Source of the DNA: Gemmatimonas sp.
GTDB taxonomy: Bacteria; Gemmatimonadota; Gemmatimonadetes; Gemmatimonadales; Gemmatimonadaceae
Reading direction: 5' to 3'
Assembly: GCA_031414535.1 (NCBI GenBank)
Contig: JANNVQ010000014.1
Location: 160,001-224,000 of the forward strand
DNA: 64,000 nt
Program-made: the position numbers and the translations under genes
Notes under the pieces: generated by a model
Databases searched by the model: none
What the model was told of the DNA's origin: nothing
What the model saw: the letters and a program-made list of their open reading frames with translations, nothing else
Shown: positions 56,786 to 64,000 of the stretch, piece by piece
Numbering within the stretch: the stretch's first letter is position 1
How the letters are laid out: the number at the start of each line of letters is the position of its first letter

Positions 56786-57499
56786 TCAGGCGCTCTTTCT
56801 GGCCGCAACGACATATTGCGCCCCCATCGGTAACCAAGCCAATACACGGTCGATGGGACGCAGGAAGGGTATTCCGGGCGGCATGAACATCAGGTAGTCG
56901 GTGTGGAGATCGTAGCGCGCGACGTCGATGAGGCCGTGCCGCACCTCGCGCGCATCTAGCAGGACGGCATTCTCGTCAATCGGCGTACGCGCGATCACAA
57001 AGCGCACCAGCGGGTTGCGCGGGTTGTGCTCGAACACGTAAATGCGGCCGCCGGGCTTCAAGACGCGGCCAAGCTCACGGTACACAGCTGCACGCTCAAC
57101 AACGGGCACGTGGTGGAGCACCGCACTGATCGTGATGACATCAAACTGTTGATTGTCGAATGGCGTCTGCGCGCCGTCCTGCGCGGCGAGCCCCGGGGCC
57201 TTGCCAAGCGAAGCGGGCCATCGCTTGCCGGCTTCGGCCAACATCCCGAGCGACACGTCGCAGCCGGTGAACGAAGCGCGCGCGCCAAGGCCTACCAGCA
57301 CGCGCATCATGTCGCCGGCACCGCAGCCGTAGTCCAAGACCGCCAATCCGTTTCCACGCAGGTCCGGTTCGCGCCGCAACAACCAGCGCGCCTTCACAGC
57401 AATGAACTGGTCGGCTGAACTCCCCATCAAGCGCTTGACCGGGTTGTCGAGGCCGCCGTCGTAGTCTGCGGCGTGGCGGTCAAACTCCGCTTCGTGCAT
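56786..57499 (-). CDS. Class I SAM-dependent methyltransferase
   Basis: LDYGCGAG, VLHH, LKPGG, FEHNP.NP; ATG 57499 with purine-rich RBS. Confidence 0.85.
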   Translation of the reverse strand: MHEAEFDRHAADYDGGLDNPVKRLMGSSADQFIAVKARWLLRREPDLRGNGLAVLDYGCGAGDMMRVLVGLGARASFTGCDVSLGMLAEAGKRWPASLGKAPGLAAQDGAQTPFDNQQFDVITISAVLHHVPVVERAAVYRELGRVLKPGGRIYVFEHNPRNPLVRFVIARTPIDENAVLLDAREVRHGLIDVARYDLHTDYLMFMPPGIPFLRPIDRVLAWLPMGAQYVVAARKSA

Positions 57500-57699
57500 G
57501 TGGCCCCCTTGCATGTGTTGGCGAACGTTCGCAACAGCGGTGAAGATGCCGCGTTGCATCAGGCTGCGCATCGCCCACTCGATGACGACCCGGGCTAATC
57601 GTCGTGGGCGCAATGGCCTAGGCTCGTTGCGGATACTTTGCGTGCGCAACCTAATTTGTCGAGTCATCAGCAGAGCGAATTCTTCTCACCCGCTTAACA

Positions 57700-58728
57700 G
57701 TGATTGGGGAACATCCTGTGGCCGAGCCGAATGTGACCCAGGCGGTGCCGCGTGTAGCACGCGAGCCTTCGGATCGCACAAGACAGACAGTGACAATTTC
57801 GGTCGTCGTGCCCTGCTTCAATGAGCAGGAGGTCCTCCACGAGACGCATCGTCAGCTCAGTGCCGCGCTCGAGTCGCTGGACCGTTGCAACTGCGAGATC
57901 ATCTTCGTGGATGATGGAAGCAGGGACGCAACGCCGGTCATACTTCGATCGCTCGCAGCCGCGGACCCTCGCGTCAAGGCAGTGTTTCTGTCGCGGAACT
58001 TCGGTCATCAGATCGCTGTAACGGCCGGCATCGACTTCGCGGCTGGTGATGTTGTTGTGCTCATTGATGCGGACCTCCAGGACCCGCCGGCCGTCATCGC
58101 GGAAATGCTCGATGCGTGGCGGGCCGGCGCGGACGTCGCGTACGGACAGCGGCGGACACGGTCTGGAGAGTCGACATTCAAGCTCGCCACCGCGAAGCTA
58201 TTTTATCGCCTCCTCGACCGCCTGAGCGAAGTTCGGATTCCAATGGATACCGGGGACTTCCGATTGATGGACCGGCAAGTCGTCGAGGCGCTCCGCAAGA
58301 TGCCCGAGCGGCACCGTTTCATACGCGGGATGGTCGCGTGGGTTGGCTTCAGTCAGGTCCCCATCCCCTACGACCGCGAGAGCCGCTTCGCGGGCACGAC
58401 CAAGTACCCCTTCGCGCGCATGCTGCGTTTCGCAGTGGATGGCCTCACAGCCTTCTCCGTGGTCCCGCTGCGTTTGGCCACGTGGTTTGGTTTCTCAGCA
58501 GCGTGCATCGCGCTGGTGGGCATCCTGTATGCGCTGGTGTCCAGACTGCTCACGGACCAATGGGTGCCCGGCTGGGCCGCGACCTTCATTGCCATCCTGT
58601 TCATGGCAGGCGCGCAATTGCTCTGCATCGGAGTAATCGGTGAGTATCTCGGCCGCCTCGTCACCGAGGCAAAGGGACGTCCGCTATACCTCGTCTCCCA
58701 AGTGGCTGGGCGCACGCGTGAACGCTGA
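57700..58728 (+). CDS. GT2 polyprenol-phosphate glycosyltransferase (GtrB/ArnC-like)
   Basis: VVPCFNEQ, VDDGSRD, SRNFGHQ, DADLQDPP, GDFRL, two C-terminal TM, GEYLGR; start approximate. Confidence 0.9.
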   Translation: MIGEHPVAEPNVTQAVPRVAREPSDRTRQTVTISVVVPCFNEQEVLHETHRQLSAALESLDRCNCEIIFVDDGSRDATPVILRSLAAADPRVKAVFLSRNFGHQIAVTAGIDFAAGDVVVLIDADLQDPPAVIAEMLDAWRAGADVAYGQRRTRSGESTFKLATAKLFYRLLDRLSEVRIPMDTGDFRLMDRQVVEALRKMPERHRFIRGMVAWVGFSQVPIPYDRESRFAGTTKYPFARMLRFAVDGLTAFSVVPLRLATWFGFSAACIALVGILYALVSRLLTDQWVPGWAATFIAILFMAGAQLLCIGVIGEYLGRLVTEAKGRPLYLVSQVAGRTRER

Positions 58729-60478
58729 TCGCGATGCACCAGACATTTGGGTACTGCTGGTCATCGGCGTCCTCGCCGCCGGCGCGGGATGGTTCGCCGC
58801 GTCCGGGCACTCCGCGACGTTCGACGAGACATCTCATCTCGCCGCTGGGATGGAGTGGCTAGCCTCAGGAGAATTCCGCTACGAGGCGAAGCATCCGCCA
58901 CTCGGAAGGGCTACCGGAGCGCTAGGCCCCTGGATCCTCGGCGTTCGGCCTGCTGGGGAGCCGACCATCGCACGCGAGGGATGGCAACTGCTACACCAGA
59001 CAGGCGATCCAGTACGCGTCCTGTCGGTAGCGCGTGCGGGGATGGCGGTTTGGCTCGCGGCAATCGTAACGCTCGTGGGCTGGTGGGCGTGGACCCTTGG
59101 CGGGCGTGTGGCTGGCATCGCGGCAGCAGGGTTCGCCGCGACGTCTCCGTTACTCTTGGGCCATGGCGTGCTGGTGACGACCGACGCCGCCGGCACACTG
59201 GGATTGCTTCTCTCGTGCTTCCTCGCGGACCGTGCGGCGCGGGCGCCGACTCCGAAGTCGATGGCGCTTGCGGGCGTCGGCGGCGCCATCGCGCTTACCA
59301 CCAAAATGTCGGCCATTCTCCTGATGCCGGTGGGGATGGCAGTCGTTCTCCTGCTTGCGCTTGCCGATCGGCCCTCTGGCGAACGCGTCGCGCACTTCAA
59401 GCGCGGCCTGGCACTCTTGCCCATCTCGCTCCTCTCGATGGCGGGTGTGATTCTCGTCATCTATCGCTTCCGGTTCGGCTCCTTAGCCGATCCGGCATTT
59501 GCGCCGTATGAATCGATCGAATCGCGATTCGGCAGCGGGACTGCCCTGAGTGCGTGGCTCTCGTCATTGGTCTCGACCCCGTGGATACCTGCCTACGAGT
59601 TCTTCCTCGGTGTGCTCGAGGCGCTCAGGCACGGCGGTGGCGGACATCGCTCGTTCTTCCTCGGCGAGGTTGGAGAAAACGGCTGGCCGCACTTCTTTCC
59701 CGTCGTCCTCGCGGCGAAGAGCCCACTGCTGGTGCTGGCCTGCGCTGCCATCGCCGTCGCGCTTCGCCCGACCGTGCGGCAAGGCGTGGGACGCTGGCAA
59801 ACGTTCATCGTGCTCGGACTTGCCGCGGCGTGGCTTGCGGTCATGATTCCGCAAAGGGTCAACATCGGAAGCAGGCACGTGCTGGTGTTGTCCGCAACAC
59901 TTGCGATGCTCGCCGGCCTCGGCGCCGCTGCGCTCGCAGCGCGGCTACGCGACCGAACGCGGATGGGATTCATCGCCGGCGTCACCGCAGCGCAGCTGTC
60001 TTGCGTCGCGTTGGGCGCGCCCGACTTCGTCGGGTGGTTTAACGGGCTGGTGCGACATCCGGAGGACGTCGCGGTATTCAGTGACCTCGCGTGGGGCCAA
60101 GACTTCCGACGGCTGACGGACACCCTCAAGGGCCGGGGGGCTAGCAGCGTGGCGCTCGCCACGGGAATGAACGTGCCAGCCGAATGGCTCGCACGAGAAG
60201 GAATGCCGTCGCCACGGCACCTATCGCCGATGCGCCCTGATACGGGGTGGATTGCCGCCGACTGGTTTGCACTGCGAATCGGGTCCAACGCTGACCGTCG
60301 ACCCGGTCCCGCGGCATTTGCCTGGCTCCTCGCTCAACAACCCGTGGCCAGAATCGGACGTTCGATGTTGTTGTATCGCGTCGAGTCGCGCGTCGACATG
60401 CCGACGTCTTCGCCACCTCAAGACTTCATCACACCAGACAGCGCGGTCGTCTACTACATGCGGCGGCGCGCATGGTGA
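58718..60478 (+). CDS. ArnT/PMT-like (GT-C) membrane glycosyltransferase
   Basis: TFDE..H, HPPL, LVTTD, LTTK, WGQD; multi-TM; GTG 58718. Confidence 0.78.
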   Translation: MNADRDAPDIWVLLVIGVLAAGAGWFAASGHSATFDETSHLAAGMEWLASGEFRYEAKHPPLGRATGALGPWILGVRPAGEPTIAREGWQLLHQTGDPVRVLSVARAGMAVWLAAIVTLVGWWAWTLGGRVAGIAAAGFAATSPLLLGHGVLVTTDAAGTLGLLLSCFLADRAARAPTPKSMALAGVGGAIALTTKMSAILLMPVGMAVVLLLALADRPSGERVAHFKRGLALLPISLLSMAGVILVIYRFRFGSLADPAFAPYESIESRFGSGTALSAWLSSLVSTPWIPAYEFFLGVLEALRHGGGGHRSFFLGEVGENGWPHFFPVVLAAKSPLLVLACAAIAVALRPTVRQGVGRWQTFIVLGLAAAWLAVMIPQRVNIGSRHVLVLSATLAMLAGLGAAALAARLRDRTRMGFIAGVTAAQLSCVALGAPDFVGWFNGLVRHPEDVAVFSDLAWGQDFRRLTDTLKGRGASSVALATGMNVPAEWLAREGMPSPRHLSPMRPDTGWIAADWFALRIGSNADRRPGPAAFAWLLAQQPVARIGRSMLLYRVESRVDMPTSSPPQDFITPDSAVVYYMRRRAW

Positions 60479-60496
60479 GCGTCCACCACAACCCCC

Positions 60497-61453
60497 TCAG
60501 GAGCGGAGGAGTCGCGCGAGGCGAGCGCGCCACTGCTGTCTCACGGTGTCGCGCGCCCAGCGCCACTGCATGCCTCGCCACTCACTCGCGCTGATTGGGG
60601 CTTCGGGGCGCTGCGTGCGCAGATGATCGAGCAGCGTGCTCACGGGCACGAACCACCCGGCACGCTTCGCCAGAGCCCGTAGCCGCTCCTCGACGCGCGG
60701 GTCCAACACGCCGGCGGGGGCGAATCGCTTGCCGATGTGCGTCGCCACGATGCAAGCGCCGCCACGGCGCTCGAGGCGATCCAGATTCGCGTCGCTCAAA
60801 AGCGTCACGAACGCGTCCACATCCTCGGCGTCCGAAGCCGAGAACCACCAGCGTGCCAAGGGCCGCTGCGGGTCGGCATAGGGCATCGAGGGATTCACGG
60901 CGAGCGTATCAATCTCCGTGAAGGTGAGATTCCGCGCGTACGTCACAGCCTCCTGCGCCACGTCGCCCCACCAATAGGGAGAACCCTCGCGATGCCCGGA
61001 GTAGAAATCCTCCGGCACACCCGTAAACGGCAGGAAGAGTCGGCGAAGAATGGCGTCGTCGAGTCGGTCTACGCCCCAGTACAGATTCTCTCGATTGTAC
61101 GCGTGGTTGGCATGAACGCGTGGCGGATAACCGACAATCTCACGGAAGCGCTCAAAGCCCTCGAGCGTGCGCTCGCGCAGACTCGACTCCATGGTAGCCG
61201 CGTGCCACGACAGCTCGAAGCCCCGGTCGCGAAGGCTCAGCACGTAGGCCCTGTACGCTGGGTCCTCCAGCGTCTCAGACTCGTGGTAGGCCACGCTGCC
61301 CTCGGGGCACGCGAGCGGCCACACGGTCTTGGTCGTCCGCATGCCGAGCTCCGCGAGCAACTCATACACGGGCCGTATGTTCTGCAGCGTCGCGACGTCG
61401 GTGTCGTCGATAATCGTGAAGGCGAACCGTCGCCCGTCTGGAAAGCGAGGCAT
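60497..61453 (-). CDS. Putative polysaccharide deacetylase-like (CE4/NodB superfamily) protein
   Basis: FAFTIIDDTD, ELSWH, HANH, IVATH, WFVPVSTLLDHL; start ATG 61453 (or 61477/61480). Confidence 0.55.
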   Translation of the reverse strand: MPRFPDGRRFAFTIIDDTDVATLQNIRPVYELLAELGMRTTKTVWPLACPEGSVAYHESETLEDPAYRAYVLSLRDRGFELSWHAATMESSLRERTLEGFERFREIVGYPPRVHANHAYNRENLYWGVDRLDDAILRRLFLPFTGVPEDFYSGHREGSPYWWGDVAQEAVTYARNLTFTEIDTLAVNPSMPYADPQRPLARWWFSASDAEDVDAFVTLLSDANLDRLERRGGACIVATHIGKRFAPAGVLDPRVEERLRALAKRAGWFVPVSTLLDHLRTQRPEAPISASEWRGMQWRWARDTVRQQWRARLARLLRS

Positions 61454-61457
61454 GGCC

Positions 61458-62627
61458 TTAGAACGATTGGTCGGCATCACCGTCGCCGCGGGCGTGCCAC
61501 CACGCCTCGAAGCTCGGCGCCGGATCGCTCATCACTGACGGATGCACGATGAGATGCAGATTCCCGCCAATCTCCAAGTAGCCAAGCCGAGCGAGCAGCC
61601 GACGCGTCGGCGCATGCGGTGTGCTCGCAATCATCGCCTCGGCCAAACGCGTCTGCCGCAGATGCGCTTCCGCCGCGGCGAGCAAGCTTGCCGCGACTTC
61701 AAGACGGTTAGGCGGAAACAACAGATCAACGACGGGGCTCACGCGCAGGCCACCCAAACGCGGATCTCCCTCAGCGCTCGGTCGCTTGAGCACCACCCAG
61801 CCCACGAGCGCGCCAGCTTCGCGACCCTCAATCATGATGTAGCGCTCGGCCGCCACCGCGAAGCGCCAGCGCAAACGCTTGCCATCGCGCACGACGCTCG
61901 CCGCAATCTTCGCGGCACAACGCGCCCAGAGCGCATCGGCTTCGTCAAATCCATTCCAGCACGCGATGTCTGGCACGACCTGCGTCGTCACGCCGCGCGC
62001 GCGCGCGGCAGTGGCCGCCCAAAGTCGAAGCGCCCCACCGCCGAGCCAAGCGCCAAGCGTGGCCGCGCCCGTCCGCTTGGCCAAGGCGAAGTACCGTCCC
62101 GTGCGCGACGACAATCCGATGCGGGCCGGGTCAAGCCGGCGCGCCAGCGCCACCGCGTCGAGGAGGCGCAGTTGGTTGGGCACGGTGCCCACATGTCGCC
62201 AACCGAGCGCGGTGAAGATGCGCAGCGGGGCGTCGAGCACCGTGGTGCACATGGAGTTCGGCGCGACCTTCACCATCTCCTTGGCGACCATCACGCCGAG
62301 CGGACCGTTGCGATGTTCGGGAAGCACATGGAAACCCGCCGTCCACGCCACAGGCTGCGCCGCGCCCGCCATGGACAAGCGCTCCGGGATGCTCGTGAAG
62401 TGCGCGACGGGTTCGCCATCGAGCAATGCGAGAATTGTCGGGATGCGTCCATTCACCGCGCCAGGATTCACGCGAGCGATTGCAGCGCGGGACGCCTCGA
62501 CGCCTTCGGCGGTTGCGGCGGGATCCCAGACTTGCCGAATGAACGCGGCAAGAGCGGGTGCACGATCCGCGGTGTACTCCGCAATCTCGAGCGCCCTGCG
62601 CACCGGAGCGCCGTTCGGTCCGCTCAC
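61458..62627 (-). CDS. GNAT family acyltransferase
   Basis: FHVLPEHRNG motif A, LRWRF, C-terminal GDGD; coupled to the ACP. Confidence 0.7.
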   Translation of the reverse strand: MSGPNGAPVRRALEIAEYTADRAPALAAFIRQVWDPAATAEGVEASRAAIARVNPGAVNGRIPTILALLDGEPVAHFTSIPERLSMAGAAQPVAWTAGFHVLPEHRNGPLGVMVAKEMVKVAPNSMCTTVLDAPLRIFTALGWRHVGTVPNQLRLLDAVALARRLDPARIGLSSRTGRYFALAKRTGAATLGAWLGGGALRLWAATAARARGVTTQVVPDIACWNGFDEADALWARCAAKIAASVVRDGKRLRWRFAVAAERYIMIEGREAGALVGWVVLKRPSAEGDPRLGGLRVSPVVDLLFPPNRLEVAASLLAAAEAHLRQTRLAEAMIASTPHAPTRRLLARLGYLEIGGNLHLIVHPSVMSDPAPSFEAWWHARGDGDADQSF

Positions 62628-62854
62628 CAGCTCACGCCGTACGTCGTCAAGAGTTGCTTGACCGCGCCAACACTCTTGACGTCGAGCGCATCGGCTGGCG
62701 CGACGCTGATGCCGTATTCGCGCTCCAATTCGACAATCATCATCATGTGCGCCAGCGAATCCCAGGTCGCAATGGAGTCCGGCGACGAATCATCGCGCAG
62801 ATCCTGCGCTGGCACGTTGAACACACGGGCAAGAACCTGCTCGGGAGCGGTCAT
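62624..62854 (-). CDS. Acyl carrier protein
   Basis: WDSLAHMMMIVELE (Ppant Ser); ATG 62854 overlaps the FkbH stop. Confidence 0.88.
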   Translation of the reverse strand: MTAPEQVLARVFNVPAQDLRDDSSPDSIATWDSLAHMMMIVELEREYGISVAPADALDVKSVGAVKQLLTTYGVSW

Positions 62855-64000
62855 TTCGATTCCTTGGTTATCCACGTCGGCCACGGCAGTGCGGCCGGCA
62901 ACGCTAGCTCATAATAGGTGCTGCCATCGGCCTCGCGCGATGCCACTTGGAAACCGTGTCCGTCGTAGAACTCGCGCACCTGCATGTTCTTCTTGGTCGG
63001 GATGAACGCGGAGAGCATGCGCTGGGCCCCGCGCAGCTCTGCCTTCTCCCGTAGCTCGGCGAGCAGCGCCGCCTCGATTCCCTGTCCAATCACGCGGCAA
63101 CTCATCAGGAAGCTGTCCACGCGGAACGTGTCATCCTCGGTCACCCCGGCGGCAAACGCCACGAGCCCGTGGTCGCCGAATCGGTCACGCGCCCGTAGGG
63201 TGACGAGATGCCAGTCCGGATTCGCCAGCTGCGCCTCGACGTCAGCCTGCGTGTAGCGGCGCGTCGTCAGGTTGAACTGATTAGTGCGATTCAACAACTG
63301 CACCACGCGGGCCAGCGATTCGGGGCCCACTGCGGCAAGCTCGACGTGAATCTCGAGCGACTGCAGGTAGCCTTCCACCGATTCAGTCGTTGTCCGCAGG
63401 GCGTCGCGCGAACGGTTGGCGCGGTATTGCTCCACCCGTTGGAGGTCTTCACTCGTCACATCCAAGGCCTCGAACCACGGCAAGGCATCGAGTGTGGCAC
63501 GATACAACGACGGGTCCCGCGGTAACTGCACCGTGAGAACTTCGGGCAAGAACTGACGGACGCGCTCGCACTCCACGGGGTTGTCGTCCATGAAGACGAG
63601 GCTATCAATGCCGATGTTGAGCTCGGCAGCGATGCCGCGGAGGTTCTCGACCTTGGATTCCCAGTTGATGCGCACCGCGCTGAACGCATTCTCACGCAAC
63701 ACCATCCACGGATGGTTGCGAATGACCTCGAGCGCATCGTCAGGATTGTTCTTGCTGTTGAGCGCCAGCAGCACGCCGCGACGCGAGAGCGCGGCGATGC
63801 CCTGCTGGAACTCGCGATACTCGATGCCGGGTGCGGTGTCGCCGAGGCGAATTCCCGTCGGACCGTCTTCTCCGACGATTCCACCCCAGAGCGTGTTGTC
63901 GAGATCGAGCACCAAGCACTTCTTGGCGATGCCTTTGGCGGCGATGGCGGTGCGCACGTACGCCTGAGCCAGGGACGGCAGCACGCCGTCACCGAGGCGC
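62851..64000 (-). CDS. FkbH-like HAD-IIIC phosphatase / glyceryl transferase; start lies beyond the window
   Basis: DLDNTLWGG, SKNN, FMDD..E, RTNQFNLT, DRFGDHG, MSCRV. Confidence 0.9.
   Translation of the reverse strand, partial: RLGDGVLPSLAQAYVRTAIAAKGIAKKCLVLDLDNTLWGGIVGEDGPTGIRLGDTAPGIEYREFQQGIAALSRRGVLLALNSKNNPDDALEVIRNHPWMVLRENAFSAVRINWESKVENLRGIAAELNIGIDSLVFMDDNPVECERVRQFLPEVLTVQLPRDPSLYRATLDALPWFEALDVTSEDLQRVEQYRANRSRDALRTTTESVEGYLQSLEIHVELAAVGPESLARVVQLLNRTNQFNLTTRRYTQADVEAQLANPDWHLVTLRARDRFGDHGLVAFAAGVTEDDTFRVDSFLMSCRVIGQGIEAALLAELREKAELRGAQRMLSAFIPTKKNMQVREFYDGHGFQVASREADGSTYYELALPAALPWPTWITKESK

Noticed and set aside
61542..63005. 487-aa plus-strand ORF
   Set aside because: Antisense shadow of the GNAT/ACP/FkbH genes; Arg/Ala-rich with no motifs, expected at high GC.
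62624..64000. Methoxy/hydroxymalonyl-ACP extender pathway for the PKS
   Set aside because: Required acyl-ACP dehydrogenases are not seen and the ACP is coupled to a GNAT; cannot be fully excluded because the operon extends past the window.
1..64000. CRISPR arrays, tRNA/rRNA, IS elements, prophage or defence genes
   Set aside because: No repeat-spacer pattern, intergenic gaps are short, and no transposase, integrase or nuclease motifs were recognised by eye.

Overview
GC-rich bacterial DNA; a Gemmatimonadota-like host is only a guess from gene style. The whole window is one large, mosaic surface-polysaccharide (EPS/capsule) locus of about 48 CDS, in short operons on alternating strands. Core machinery: Wzx flippase, O-antigen ligase/Wzy-like polymerase, three GT4, two GT2, two ArnT/PMT-like membrane GTs, a neuABC sialic/nonulosonic acid module with a candidate sialyltransferase, an NDP-sugar dehydrogenase/epimerase/aminotransferase set and a LMW tyrosine phosphatase. 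The striking part is the tailoring machinery. (1) A Dlt-like SGNH-MBOAT-ACP cassette uses an acetoacetate-CoA ligase. (2) A hybrid assembly line comprises formyltransferase-A(Gly)[luciferase-like monooxygenase inserted]-PCP, a KS-AT-KR[DH nested]-vestigial A-subdomain-PCP PKS with no thioesterase, and two non-serine alpha/beta hydrolases. (3) A carbamoyltransferase-SxtJ-SxtK cassette includes a 53-aa SxtK-like peptide, missing from the ORF track, that ends in FIYTIF; this is the same DltX-type acyl-shuttle hexapeptide pattern that ends the MBOAT (FIYAQF). (4) A FkbH-ACP-GNAT cassette is present, along with four deacetylase-like proteins, two AsnB amidotransferases, ATP-grasp and FemAB proteins. 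I saw no rRNA, tRNA, CRISPR array or transposase. All calls come from motif reading without database searches.
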